A DNA stretch of 64,000 bases from Daphnia carinata (GCF_022539665.2 NC_081333.1:4030001-4094000); one strand, 5' to 3'. Counted from the stretch's first letter, positions 12,759 through 27,611 are shown. Translations and numbers: made by a program. The notes: generated by a model from the letters alone, not told the origin.

Positions 12759-15700
12759 GATGAAATTTGTTTTTTTTTTCACACCGAGTCCTTTGAAAAT
12801 CGTCCGAATAAACGCACTTTGATTCAGTTTTTTTTTTTATAGTCTGTTGATCAATTGGAGATTGCTGTCGTGAATGCCACGTCGGTTAGCAGAAGTCTCA
12901 ATGACAACCAAAATATATTTCAATATATATTTTTTTTTTAATAATAATAATTAAAAAAAAAATAATAATATTTGGTGTTGGTTGTTTGTTCAAGTTTCCA
13001 GCTCGTCGGGTTGATGGAACTTCACGGCCATGGTTCGATAACCGCAGAAGGTGAAGTAGTTAGCCCGTTTTTGTTTTTAATTAAAACATCAGCAGTTCTC
13101 TTTCTAAAAGCAAAAAAGAAAGAAAAATAAACACAAAATTTAATTTCAATTTCTTTCTGTAATGAAATAAGAAGTTACAATTTCAATTGAGAAACAAAAA
13201 AAAAAAAAAAAAGGGGTGGGGGGAAACGACATCGTAAAAAAAAACAACAAAAAACAAGGAGGCTGAGTAATCCGCCGCTGTTGGGCATTTTATCCTGTGA
13301 AAGCAAATCAAGAGAGTGTGGCCAATAACTCTATATCGTATAGTGTAGGTATTTCTTTATTTTATTTTTTATTCGATCGTTTCGACCGGCTCTTTACGAA
13401 GACCTCCTTCGTGACTAGAATTTCAAATCACGCGGTGTGCGGCAGAAGAAGAAGCGGCTCGGAGGCCAAACAAAAAAAAAAAAAAAAAAAACGATGCCAC
13501 ACCAACTGTATACGCAAGAACTCGTGTGTGTTATAGATTTATGTATAATCGAATCATCCCTTACTATCGGCTACCGGCGGATAAAACACGTAGCGCGTTT
13601 ATAATATTCTTTTGTTTCTTCTTCTTTTTGTTTTTTTTTTGTTTTTTTTCATTGCATCCTCTTCCGCTGTGTGTGCCGTACAATCATGTAGGAAAACCAA
13701 CAAAAGAAGTTCATTTCCATTGAAGACATCAAAATCTATCTTTCGGGGGAGGGGGAGGAGGAGGGAGAGAAAATATTTTATTCAGATATTATGGAATTCC
13801 ATTTGAACTTGACCACCTGTTTTCTTTTGACTAGTAAGAAGATTGGAAAGATATGTTTCTCTGTGTTTTTTTTTGTTTTTTTTTCTTTTATTCAAACAAA
13901 ATATTTCTATTCTCTGTGATTGAATTGATGGGATTTTCTTTTTTTTTTTTTTTTTTTGGAAAAATGTTTTCCTTTGTGCGGAAAGTCAAAAACTTCGCCA
14001 AAACGAAACAACAAAGAGATCAGAGAAAACAGAAAGAAAAAAAAAAAGAAGAAATGTTACCAAAAAAATATATATATCAAAATCCAATCTTCTTTAGATC
14101 AATCTCCTCCCCCCTCCCCAAAAAAAGAAAGATTTTTATTTTTTGCAAGAAATAAAGTGGATAAGCATTTTTTGCAACAAATTCAATTCTTTTGTTTACT
14201 CTATCCCTTTCACCTTCTCCCTGCAGTGTTGACATACAATCATTTCGTCATAGACATTTTTCTTTTTCAATTTCTAAACAAAAAAATAAAATTTCAACAA
14301 GAAAAAAAAAAAAAATATATCCACCAAGCCGGGCACGATCCCCCACAAGTTTTACATTACAACACAAAAAGAAAGAAAGAAGGAAAGAAAAACGGACCAG
14401 TATTTAGCCGGCATTTTAGGTGTACGTGCGCGTACCTCCCAAAAATAAAATATCCGCCCCTTGAATTATGATTTGTTTTTTTTAATTTAAATTTCTTATC
14501 GAAAAATTTCATTCAAATGGCCCACATCTTTAATAGAATATTTTTTTAAAAAAAATGGAATCTACCGTTTAACTACTGGACAGGAAGATAATTGAAAATT
14601 CACTTTATTTAAAGCGAATAAAAAAAAGGGCGCGGTCATGTTGGATTGTTTTTTTTTTTTGTCGGATGCGTTTCAAGAGAAAAATCGTGCACGTCATTTG
14701 ATTAGCGCACAGACGTGAAGATGCCAGTGTCACCAAACTTTTTCTCACCACACCTCCGCTCTAAAAGGTTCTCAACATTTATGGGCAAAAAAAAAAAGAA
14801 CAAACTTTTCCCCCCACAAAACAAAACAGGGCGCGTCCATCATCCCGTTTTGGAACAGTATAATCTCTTCAAGTTCTCAGTGTTTGCGTCTGAAGAAAAA
14901 AAAAAAAAAAAAAAATGGAGCCTTTCAATATGTACATTAGATATTGACACACTCACCCCCCCCCCCCCTATATTTACCTTTAAACGAAAAAAAAAAAAAA
15001 GAAAATTATGGGTGACAATCAGTTTATTATCGTCTGCGTTTCAGGTCGGTGGGGACTTTCTGGCGACTGTTTGAAAAATAAATAAAAATAAGAAATCGGA
15101 AGTTGTCCATAGCCACAATTTTCTTTTCTAAAATGTCACATTTTGAGGACGTGGAGAAGTGATGGAATTTAAAAAAGGTGTGTAATTGTTTATCTATCGA
15201 TTTCGTCATTAAGAAACGGTGTACAAACGTATAAAGTCCACTTCATTTCTTTGCCGATGAATGTTATCACGCTCATTTGTTACACATAGCGGTGACGATT
15301 ATCGGCGTACCAGCGTCCGTACGAGATAAGGTGCGCAAACACGACGAGACGCAGCGAAAAGAAACACGAAAAACCCCTGCTCTGACAAGCGTACCTTTCC
15401 TCTTCTTGCTGATAACGAGGTGGGTCACCTCAAGCGACACATTTCCTTCAGTCTCGCATATAAATTTTCTTGTTTTTGTTTGTAATGCGATAAAAGGTCA
15501 TATTTAAAAAAATGGGACGTCATCATTCAGTGGAAATAAGAAACGAGTATTCTTATCGCCATTTTAATTCAATCCGATGAGAAAAAAAAAGAAAAAGCCA
15601 ATTAAGGAATTTTATGGCTACGTTAATGTTTAGATTGTGCAAAGAATTTAATCCCTCGTTTTGCGAGCTCGTTAAAAGAAAAAGACAACGGATTTCCCCA

Positions 15701-15888
15701 AGAATTATTATCTTGTCATTGTGGATTTCCACAACGTTACGTCACACCGCACTAAAGTTCAAATTCCTCGCCAACTTAAAAAAAAAAAAAAAAAAAAAAT
15801 GAATAATGAGTTTTTTTTTTCTCACCTCTATCCTCGGGCCGGTGAAAAATACACACATACACACACGCACACACCGTGTTTTCACCAG

Positions 15889-15920
<32 letters not shown>

Positions 15921-18900
15921 AAAAAAAAGGCCGAAATTTTAAACTAATTGTGACCAACACTTTGTTGTTGTGTATAAAAATGCGCGCAGTTTTAATCGGA
16001 TGTTTTTGAGTACAAACGGATTACATCCGCATCGATAGCAGCCAAAGGTGAACACACACACACAAACACACACACGGACGTACACTTGGGCAGGACCGAC
16101 TACTGGATGCACCGTTCGTTCAGGACTGGTGTCGAGACTCTGAGCCCCAAATGTTCGCTACCGGTCCCACTAGTCCATACAGTCCCAACGGAGTGGGGGA
16201 AGGGAAAAAAACTACAGTGCAGACGACTTGTACTACTACTTCAAAAAAAAAAAAGAAAAAAAAAAAAAAAAAAAAAAAAAAAGGGGAGGAGCCAAAAAGC
16301 CACGCCCATGACGTCTGGTGCGCCGTATCGCGATGAAGTGACGAAACTCTTGTTTTTTTCCTTTCCCATCACGTGATGCAGGTGAAAATGATTTGTGTGC
16401 GACGTTGAGTTTTTTTTGTTTTTTTTTTGTTCTTGCTTCCAAGTGACGAAATATTTTCGTGGTTTCATTGAAAATAAAACGAACAAAAAATAAATCGCAG
16501 TCAAAGGGATCGATATAATCGATCTCAGTCTGATGATGACCATATTCTGATTTATTCTTATATTGCAAAAAAAAAAAAAAAAAAAAAAATCACGTTTTTT
16601 CGTGAGCTGTGTTGCTTGATCGATAGCAAAACAACATTTGTCTCACCCTAACTTTATATTTTTTTTTTATTCAAACTTTGTCGCGTTAAAATACGACGCG
16701 ATAAATCGGAATATAAAAAGAAAAATGGCGATACTGTCTCGACACGACTCGATCGATTATTTAATTAAAAAAAAAAAAAAATAACAACAACAAAAAAAAA
16801 AAACAAGCAAAACAATACATTAATCGAGGTGAATTGGGGACCTGGTTATGGTACATGCGTCAGTCGAAGATAATCAATTTTCAAACGTTGTGCCCGAGGC
16901 GATAAATGTACACGTTTAACCGCACTCGTTTATTGATGATGTACTGATGCCCTTTCAATGTGCGCTCGTCAACACAAAAACATGCACACGAACGAAACGC
17001 GCATCTTTGCACATGGACTCTCCTATTAATGAATGCATTGTACACAGCGACGGTCAACGATGAGCGAACGCATCGAAACGTGGTCAACCTATTTTCAATC
17101 AATTTGCATACACGTCTATCGACAGCGAATGGCTCTCGAAAGATTGGCGTCTCGACACAACGTGCAGATATTAAACCACGTATATACATATATATATATG
17201 CATATATGCAAATAATGCATTTATCTCGAACACGTACACGCGTGCACAGATGATCGATAAACACAACAAAACGCGATTTCGCAGTGAAATTGCGGGATAT
17301 CTCAAAAGTTGGCCGTCACATGTCGACAAACAGAAGCGACCCCGGCGCCTTGATCTATTGATGATACCCCCCACCCCCACCCCCTCTCACCATTTGTGTT
17401 TACGTGTGTGTATATACATATATGCTATATAAAGTGTATCGAATATTTCACTGGACAGCCCCGCAAACTCTGATTGCACGTACATGTTTCATCACTCTGA
17501 TTTTCTCTTCTGATGTCAGTCTGTGCGACTGGGACTCGAAAATGATCGCACCTCGTCAAATGTCCGCGGCTGTGAATGCACTTAACATCCCGCGACATTC
17601 GAAGGCACCGACATCGAGCAGAGCGTGAACTTGTACTGTTTGCAATAACTAAAGGTCTCTCTCCCTCTCTCTCTTTTGCTCGGCACATGTATAACAAATG
17701 ACGGCAGATTGTGAACCCCTCGAGGACACGTGTCAAATACGCCCCCCCCCCCTTCTAAACGCCGGTAAGCTAATTCACGACATATCGATCGAAAACAAAA
17801 GAGGTATAGATATAATTAACAGTGATTTACATATTTTGTTCGATTGATAAATTTCGTGAGCTGCGTATTAAGAGGCTCGGCAAAATGAGAGACGCTGCTG
17901 TCGACACATTTCTAATCAACCCCTTTCCCCGTTCCCCCCATCTATAATACACAAGGCGCAATGGAAGCATCCTGACGAATAATTACGGGGCCTCCTGGAT
18001 TTTCTGATGACGCAAATGCCCTCCTACGCTCATTAAATCATCTCTTTATTGAACTTTATTTTTCATTAAGAATCCATTTTTTTTGTGTGGGGGGGGGGGT
18101 TCAGAAAAATCGTACAGGTTTATGTATGCTAATCAATCAATTAGTAGAATCCACATACAAATTTATCTCTTTCTCTCTGTGTGTGAGCAAGATATTGATA
18201 AACATGTATAGGATGTTATTCTTTCCCCGGCAAAAGACGATCCATTTCCAGGAGAGCTTAGAACGTCGGCCCGGAGAAAGAGATTCGTAATCCAAGACGA
18301 ATGCTGAGCGATTGGATGCCCTTTTATTTTCGTTACAGTGGCATTGTCGAAAAAAAAAAAAAAAAAAAAATATCTTACTTGTCCGGATATGTAGAGACAT
18401 ACGAAGAGGACCACCAAATGATCCTACACACGCACGGCGGTGTCGGACATTGAGCTCCGCTGGGCCACGGCTGGCAAAAGAGGAAATTGGAACGTCTGAT
18501 GGGTGCGCTTTATTAGAATAGAACGACAGGAGGGGGGAGGGGGAGGCAAAGCCTTTTGGATCTAGTCCATCAGTCGTGTGTAATAGCTAATTGGAAATCA
18601 CGCTGGACACACGTTCGGATATTTAAAAATGTTGCAAGTCAAAATCGAATGTGACGCCACATGGCGGCCGAAACGCGACGTTCGTTATAAACGCGCCGCT
18701 TTTATAACGAGGCTATTTGAAAAACAATGTTGACGTATAACACATGAAAAAACAAAACAAGTGAAAATTGTTTCGGATGAGAAAGGCCACGCGAACCATT
18801 AGCTGAGCTTCCATTATTTAGCCTACACTTTTATTGTCCTAGATGTGTAAAGAAAACGTTCTCCTCGAGATAAATAATGGGGGGGGGGGGGGAGAGCTTT

Positions 18901-20200
18901 ACGTACATCGATTGTTGTAGAAAGGCAGCCATTGTGATCGCCTATTATCTCTTACATAGAATATATAGAGTGTATATATATATATACACACACGCGAGCT
19001 GGATTTATACGTAGACCTATTATGATTCGTAAATATAGCAATTGGCTGTTTCGTGTTGTTTGGGTGAGGCCCCAACAAAACACAGCGGCAGGTCTGAAAT
19101 CTACCGGATCAAAAAACAAAAAAAAAATATTCCTCATTTAAGTTGTTCTAGTTTGTTGGGTTCATCGCTGTCGAAGGATTTAAGAAAAGAGAACACACAC
19201 CAAAAAAAAAAAAAAAAATGCCCATTGGTTTCGGTACTCCACCCTGAAATTCCCAAACAAACGAAGAAAATAATAATAATTTGCTTCCTGGACTTTTAGA
19301 AGATTTTAAATAAAAACAAAAAAAAAATAATAATAAAAACTGCCGACACCCTGAAGGCATTTGAGCTAACCGCGAACGCCGACATCGTATCATCGCTGCT
19401 TATGTCTATAGGCTACGGGGCAAAAAGAAGGGGGGGGGGGGTGAAACAAATCATCGAGATGATTGAACAAGATTACACGCAACTCTCATCATTCAATGCC
19501 ATACAACCAGGTATAATAATAATAATTTTTTTTTTTTTTTTTTTTTTTTTTTGGTTTTTCCTCTTTCTTTCTAGAGGGCCCAAAAATTGTTATTACATAA
19601 CATGACCGGCCTTTTTTTTTTTTATCTTCAGTTGGCTTCCTGATCTTATATTACCTGTCTCCCTTCATCTAATTTTTTTCGATCGCATTACATTAAACAA
19701 TGGCCAAATGACGAGAGCTCAATTTTTGTTTTGAAAACATTTTTTTACTTTTGATTCGAAATCCGTCAAGAAATTGTTTGATAACGTATCGATATCATCG
19801 TATCTGATCGATAAAAAAAAAAAAAGACATATTGACGCTGAACGAACCCCCCCCTCTTTGAATCGATTATTCTTGTATACTTTTCGCATGCACAATTTTC
19901 TGGTGGATGCTTTTCGTAATATTTTTAAAGGCTGAGCCTCTTTGTCAAATCTCCTATCTAAAGGTATTTATACATTGAAGCTGAAAAAAAAAAAACAAAA
20001 AAAAACAACAAAAAAATGTCAAACATATTCTGAATATCAAATCAAAATGCCTGGCCATCTCGAGATTTATTCATCGATGTTTATATAGCTAAAGATTATT
20101 ATGTTTACATATAAATAAAAATCTAGCCGTCTTTTGGTAGCCCAACGTATTTAGGGAAAAAAAAATAATGAGATTCATTTTCACAGGTTCGGGATACCAA

Positions 20201-20235
<35 letters not shown>

Positions 20236-23200
20236 AGATGGGAAGGGGGGATAGGAGGAGGATCATTTCGATCTCGCATGATTCATCACACGAGAAATAA
20301 TTTTTTTTTTCTTCCCAAATTTTTGTTTTCGAGTTTCAGGGGGGAAAAAAAAAATGTATAATAAAAACCAAAATTCTTAGATTTTTGTGTAAACGCAGAA
20401 TGTTAGGTGGCGCTGCGTGATGGTCATTTTTTAATTTCGGGATAGTATCAAATAAAACGACTTTTACGGGGCTATTATCTCCCTGTAATGTCTGTTCTTA
20501 TGAATCGATAACATGAAAAAAAAAAGGAACGGATATTAAGAAGCGCCGTTAAGATTTTAATCCATTATTTACTGCCACCTATCGGTAAACAGGAAGCCTG
20601 CCAATGATTTAAGGCCTTTTTTCTGGCAAAAAAAAAAAAAATTGCGAAAAAAAAAATCTCGCGTGAAAACCATTGACGGCAAGTGTTCGCCTTCATCAAC
20701 AATTGATTTATTCAACAACAACAAAATCAAATGAATTCAAGAGAATTCCAAGCGAAAAATCAAAATAATTTGATTTTTGTTTTCCATTGTTTTCCTTCAT
20801 TGTGCCCTGGGCGTGCGTAATACACACAAACGCTGGATAGATAAACGCCCAGAAACTGTTACAAATCAAAGAGTTTGCACGAATTGTTTTAGGAAAAACA
20901 AAAACAAAACGAACCCCCTGTAGTTACTCCCCCCCCCCCCACGCGTCAAGGTGTTGTTTAATATTTCAAGATTTATTTTCAAACAATTTTCTTCTTTGTC
21001 TATAAAGCCTTAATCAGAGGCAATGTATTCAAACTTTTTTATTTATTTTTTTTTAAAGGGTGAGATTTAGGGCCCCATAATATTCACCGATTTATTATAA
21101 GGCGGCGTGCGTCGGCCATTAACGGAGACTCTTTGACACTCCTTTTTTTTTCTATATTTACCTACGCCGTGTAATTTCTATAGGGAAATTGAGAAGGATC
21201 ACTCCCTTTGTGATGAGCCATTTTTCTCAAACATCTCAAAAATTGAATCTAATGTTTAAAAAAAAAAAAAAAAAAATGCATGTACACATACATACACCAA
21301 ACCCACGCGTAGAGCCAAAAAAAAGGGATTCATGTTTCTAATCCAATTTTCGTGTCTTTATGTTCATATTAACCACGTCGTCATTGTCAAGAAGCCTATA
21401 ATGAATAATACAGCAAGGATCAATTCGCCTGTCACTGCCTTGTACCAACAAAGGTCCACGGGTTGGACTTAAAAAAATAAATAAATAAATAAATAAAAAG
21501 AGATTGTCGTCTAGAGAAAGGGGAAAAAAAAAAAAAAACTAAAGAGAAAATTCATTTGACCTTTCCAACGCTGCCATCAAACCGTTAAAGCCTTACATAT
21601 TTTGTTGTTACGTCTACGTAGCTTTTAAGGGTTGTCCCAACCTACACTTTGTCGCGCAAAAGAAAAAGGAAGAATCAAAAACCCCATCCGCTGATGAAAG
21701 CCCTTAACTTTTGGTTTGGAAATTCATAATCGAATTAAATTTTAATTCATCTCTTTTTTTTTTGTTTTCCTTTTTTTTCAACAATATATGCACGTATATC
21801 AATGTGCATGTATGTATATGAAGAGGACTTGAGGAAACAAAAGAGGCATAGAATATTTGCATAATTTTTTTTTTTTTTTTTTTGTCCCGGGCTCTTGACG
21901 GGATTCGTGATACGGGTCGTGCAACGACACCTTTCATCAAAAAGTATCCCCCCCCCCCCACCTAAAAAGAAAATCCCATGTTACATCCCACCCTTTTCTC
22001 AACTCATCGATTTATTTGTTTTCAAGGAAACAGGGGGGTGGTGGCCCTTTCACCTACATGTCTCGGGAGTAAAAAGAAGAAATCAAACAAGATTGTGAAA
22101 GACGTGTTGAAAACAATAGGGAGTGGTTTGAACTTTGGCGTTTTTTTTTGTTTTTCATGTTCAAGTGAGTGGGTTACGATAGCCCCTAGCGAACTGGGAA
22201 AAAACTAAATCGAATAAAGTGATAACATTTCGTAGTTGGCATCAATTTTATCGGATTTTTCACGTGATATAAAGAGGGAGGGAAAAAAAATGATTCAACC
22301 GTTGGCGGTTGAACTCACGCTAGCCGCTCGTTGCGTTGCTTTAAATTATAAATGTCCCCTCCCTCCCCCCCCCCGTCCCTCTCCTCTCTCTCTACATATT
22401 GATATTTGAATTATAGACGTAATATCTGAACGAAACAATATGTGTGTGCAGTAATATTATAGCATTACCATCACGAACTGCATATCGATTTCTTTCGATT
22501 ATTGGCTCCCCCCCCCCCTTCCCCGTCTTATTCGAGTTTAAATAGACTCCAATCATATAGACTACAGGTTTTATTGGGAGCGACATCTAAAATCACTCAT
22601 TTCGAGTTTGTCAATAAGCAGGGTTTTTTTTTTTTTTTTCTTCAACAAACTGATGGGACTAAACGTATAAAATTTTATAGACCTGCTAACATTGCCTTAG
22701 GGTCCCCCACATGAAACTCCGCATTTCTTTTGGTTGAATTCTTTTCCAACAATATAACCCTTTCCTTTTGTTATGAAACAGTTCGAAAAAGAGATAAGGA
22801 AAAAAAAAAAAAATAAATTTTTTTTGTTTGTTTGTTTGTATTGGCTCCTGCCAAAATGGATCCTTTCACACGGGTCCCTTTTTATTATTATTTTTTTTTT
22901 TCTCTGTAGGAGGTCCCGTATTTTTTTTTTTGTCCCTTTTCTCTTGTAAGAACCGAACATGCAAATGGTTCACAGGTCTCTTCTCTTGTGTCGATTCGTT
23001 GCATTCTAAAAATGCCTGTGTTACTGTGTAAATGTCTCTTCTTTTTTTGCACGTACAAAAAAAAACCCCTTTCGTCTTTTGAAGAAAAAAAAAATGTAGG
23101 GACATACACAAAAAAAAAAAAAAAAAGAAGAAGAGAGGTATGCAAATATTCTTTTGATGTGATACGGTAAACATGTAGCGGTTGATTCGCTGCAAGAATG

Positions 23201-25195
23201 TTGACCACCGCCGAGCCCTTCGCAGCCAAAACTTGTACGATTTCATTGCATTTCGAAATATCCGCATTTCAGAGCGCAATCGAATCGAATTATTCAAATT
23301 GTTTGACGCACTTGTATAGATAAGCAAACCACGTCACACTGCTTGTATAAATAGACCGAGGCGAAAGAGGTCGTAGAGATGCTCTGATAAAAGAAAGTCC
23401 GATGGCTTAATTCAATTAGAGTGTCTATGATCCCTCCATTTAATGTTATACCTTCAAGTCAATCACATTAAGATCCATAAAACCTGAAAACATCCAAGAG
23501 AACCTGATACATACATACAATAAAAAAAAAAAAGGGAGGACGCGACGACGTTCCATAACGACGAGAATAGCACACGAAGTGCAACATTAGCAACGAATAT
23601 AATGTAATAAACAAGACGCACGGGGGGGGGGCTCGTATCAATGGACGGCGTCATTATGTATCGATTATTGGCCGAGGTCCAAACATAGTTGTAGACAAGT
23701 CTTTTTCTATGTTTTTTTTTTTTTCTACGACAAAGGAAACAAAAGTTGTGTAGCTACTTCTTCCGTTCTTGCCGAGCGCAGTTTCCTCAATTGTTCGCCG
23801 ACCGGAAGTTAATTCCAGAGAGGGAAAAAGAAAAAACAGGAAAAATCAAGAAGAATACCCAAACTCAAAACTAAAGAGTTTCAATCTATTAAAAGAAACA
23901 GTACGGGATGAACAAAGTTTGTTCATTCAACGTTCATGAATGTGTGACATGGTGAGTTTTCAATCGATTAGACAAGAAAAAAAAAAAAAAAGTCTTCAAC
24001 ATGAAAAATATTTTCCATTTTGAAAAAAAAAAAGGTAAATTAATTTATTCATCCGTAATGTGGAAAACTACCGGATGCGATGCAATGCCTATTCATATTT
24101 TTTATTATTATTATTCATTCTTTTGACCATAGAAAAAAGATTCCATTTCCCCCCCCCCCCCTCCTAATATTTGCTAATTATACACGGTCAGATGGTCGGG
24201 GCAATATGGCGCACTAGTATTTCATCAACCGCATATTCCTAGAGTGTGAAGAGCAGATCGGCTCGTACGGGGCTAATATCTACGTAGGCAACGCAAAGAT
24301 ATCGATCGTAATTGGCTGGGGAGATATTTGCATTTTGTTCTTTACTGAAGGGAATTCCTATTGTAGCAAGAAGAGAGAAAACAAAAATTGAAAGTCCTCT
24401 TTTTTTTTTATATTCTAACATGATTGATGTAATATGCCCTTCATGAAAGTGGCGCTACTGCAGACAGCAGCTATTTCAAAAAGAATTTTTTATTGACGTT
24501 GATAGTTGCACGTGTTCTATTTTGGACGCAAAAAAAAAAAAAAGAAAAAGAACGTAGCACGGCAATATCGAAACTTGTGACGTACACCCCCAAATGTCAA
24601 TGTCATGACTTTTTTTTCAGGGAAAATTACTCACTAATATGAAAGAAAGAGCTTCTTCTTTTGTATTAGCCCTGTTCTTGGAATCATGTATGACGAAATC
24701 CTTCCAACTTTTTACACGACCGAGTTCTTTCAATTGAGTTACGTAAGAGAAAAGTGGCAGAATATCGTGCAACATAGACGCAATTAGGCATTTTTTTTTT
24801 TACGAGCTAAATCAGCTTTAAAAGCACGAAATCGAAATTTATTCAAATTCCGAACTGCAACAACGTTTCAAACATTGTTGCATTCTCGGTTAAAAAGAAA
24901 AGATTCTCTAATTTTATTCATTGTTGCGCGTATTATAATTCCGAAAGGTGTTTGGTCAAAATCTTTCTCCCCCCACCACAACTGAAAACAATTCTCGAAA
25001 CGAACCCGAAATCCCTCGCATTTCCATCAACATACCAAAGCTACTCTCTTGTCTTTTACTTTCACCCCCCCCCCCCCCCCCCCCCCGAAACAAAAAAATA
25101 GATATCTATAACTAGAACCTAATGAAATATTCAGGAGACGCGCTGTATGGAATCTTTTCATCGCGTCGGAAACCCTCCCAATTTCTTCTTCCGTG

Positions 25196-25229
<34 letters not shown>

Positions 25230-26102
25230 TGAGAGGCAGGGAGAAGATTTTATTTGAGTGTTAAAAACTTGCGTGCTGTTTGTATACATACAAATTAGAG
25301 GGAAAAAAACGTGGGGGGGAGAGAAAAAAAAAGACGCTAAATATATGCCTAATATGCGCACCTGGACTGCAAGAAAATATTCCCCCCACACCTGTCGGCA
25401 AGCCCACACACAAAGGGTTTTTCTTTTTTTTTCCTTCTTTCCAATGTTTGTCTTTGATATTTTGTTTTTTTTCTGTTATTATTTATCTACATAAATTTTT
25501 TTTAAATAGAAGGTTCACACGGGGCGGCAGGGCACAACATTTAGGAAACGCCTTGTTCATGTTTCCCGCTTTTTCAAAAACGTTTTTTTCGAGACGGTCG
25601 AAACACAAAAAAGCAGAGACAGAGATGTATCGAAGTTTGATCACATTTATAGGTTATTGCATAGCAATCCATTTTTGTGAAAGAGCTACAAATAAAATCG
25701 TATTTCATCACCCCGTAACCCTTTTGCCTGCATTCAAAATGACGACGACCCCACGTTTCGAAAACAAATAAAAGCAAATGCGAACAAATTTCTTCATTTA
25801 AATGGAGACCTCACAAGAATCGAATGAAATATCGTTCGTTTCTTCAACAACATTTCTCGTATTCGTTCAGTTTTTTTTTTCTTTAATGACACAAGAGCAA
25901 TCAGCCTAGAGCAGTTTTCATATTTATGGCGTCTATATCATCGATTATATGGACAAAGGAAATACAAAACAAAAGAAAATCGTTAGACAAATCAACGCCC
26001 CCTCCATCATGAACGCTACATCCCCGAAGTCGATAATAATAACAAGGCTCGTCATTTTCTCTGCTTTGTTTTGTTTTTGCCCCTTTCATGGAAGGTAGTT
26101 GA

Positions 26103-26287
26103 TCATCGTTTTGAATAATCATCGTCATCATCTACGAGCACAAAAGTTTGTGGGGAAAAAACAAAAACGCATCGCGAGATGATCGAGAAGACAAGTTTCA
26201 CGTAGTTTTCAAATGAGAAAGATCACCTTGACCATGGACTTTCAAAATGATTACACAAATAGCCAATGCTTTTAACTGACGCACCAT
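26103..26287 (-). CDS. Candidate two-exon small ORF, putative secreted peptide precursor MVRQLKALAICVIILKVHGQDDDDDYSKR (29 aa)
   Basis: Exon 26287-26227 (20 codons + 1 nt), 95-nt GT-AG intron 26226-26132 with a pyrimidine-rich acceptor, exon 26131-26103 ending in TGA. An upstream acceptor lies at 26308-26309. The N-terminus is signal-peptide-like. No homology recognised. Confidence 0.35.
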
Positions 26288-27611
26288 CGGAGCTGTTGAT
26301 TCAATCTCTAATATTAAAAAAAAAAAAAATAAATAAATTTATTAAAAAAACGTGTTGTTAAAGAAAATTGGATTGAATTCACAGCTGTTGCACCTGTGCC
26401 ACAATTTCAGGCCTACTTGTTACCTTGTAAGGAAAATGACTTTCTAAAAAAAATAAGTTTCTTGATTTTTGAAAAAATTATTTCCATTCCCTGTTGTTGC
26501 TACAGCAACCAGAGAGCTGACAGCTCAGCGAAAAAAAAATAAAAAGGAAATATCATGACCCAAAACATTCCACCATAGGCCTATTGAGTTGTATAGTTCG
26601 TTCTCCTACCGTATAAATAGGAGATTTCGTTTGTTTCTCTTCCCTATGTTCAAATAGTTGCTCAGCATCTCTCGACAATGTCCCGAGTCATTGTTCAACA
26701 AGTTGGACGTTTGTAGGGCATCTACCGTTAGTGTGCACACAAGACGATTCTATTTTTCTTTTTGAAATTTTAAGTTTCCTCGTTTTTCTTTTTTTTGTTG
26801 TTGTGGCGTAGAATTTATTTTTATACAACTCGAATGTGTCCTTCTGAAGCAAGAGGCCAAACAAACCACTTGACATCAACTTGAAAAGGAAGAAAAAAAG
26901 AATTCTCAAAACCAACAACTTGAACAGCTACAAAACCACATTACAACAAAATGTGTGTGTGTGCGTGAGTGTTGTGTAAAGCGGCAAAAGAAACTGGACG
27001 CCACCCATAAAAAAAAAAGGCGAGAAAAAAAAAATATATAAAATGTTGAAGCGCAGTGATTCATCATTTTAGGGGCGAAAAAAAAACGAGGGAGATTCTA
27101 TGGCTTCTGTGGAGCAACTTGAAAACGCAGCAAAGCGAGAATCGAATCTGCTTCATTTTCCTTAAACGATGTGACATTAGAAACCCATAAATAGAAGCCC
27201 ACAGCATCAAATGAAAGAACCAGTTACACGGACCATTCATTTCTTCGAATAGAATTCCGTCCTTTCAAGCTGTCAACATCGTTTTATCCTCATAAAAAAT
27301 TCTTCTGACGTAAAACGCAAAAGAAAAGGGCAATCGAAAAATTATAATCAGTAAATGCCATCTAGCGTCAAGGAAAAGAAACGAGTTAAAAAAAGATTTT
27401 TGAACAAAATGGCCACTCAAATAGAGGAAATAAATAACAAAACGAACCGGTGCGGGAGTAGATCACGAGAATATTAACCCAAACGAACTCCTATATCAAA
27501 TGTTGGTCGTAAAATTCCTATGATAAACCTCGGCCAATTCCTAACGCACGACACATACACCACCACCCCACGTAACACATGCAAATCAAGAAAATGTAAG
27601 TCCTTACTTGA

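Larger units (their letters stand above)
1..27500. repeat. Low-complexity domain with dense A/T and G/C homopolymers and (CA)n, (GA)n, (TA)n, (GTT)n microsatellites
   Basis: Directly visible, e.g. A-runs near 260-286, 5270-5298 and 20204-20234; a C-run near 25065-25086; (CA)n near 3866-3889 and 4977-5016; (GA)n near 5702-5723. Confidence 0.9.

Noticed and set aside
23908..23926. Palindrome ATGAACAAA-G-TTTGTTCAT as an ecdysone response element
   Set aside because: Half-site orientation and spacing do not match the AGGTCA-n-TGACCT IR1 consensus, and it is likely chance in AT-rich sequence.
25901..26131. 76-aa ORF MMTMIIQNDD... as a stand-alone gene
   Set aside because: Its ATG sits right after a splice acceptor and the product has no recognisable features. 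The upstream exon's phase points to the DDDDDYSKR frame instead.
26424..26443. Possible 20-nt minus-strand microexon flanked by TTTTAG and GTAACA
   Set aside because: Splice-like signals alone are too common in AT-rich DNA and there is no other support.
715..26918. Dozens of 60-190 aa ORFs rich in poly-K, poly-F, poly-P/G and HT/CV repeats
   Set aside because: They are translations of homopolymers and microsatellites. Only those overlapping the reconstructed ADAMTSL exons contain recognisable coding sequence.
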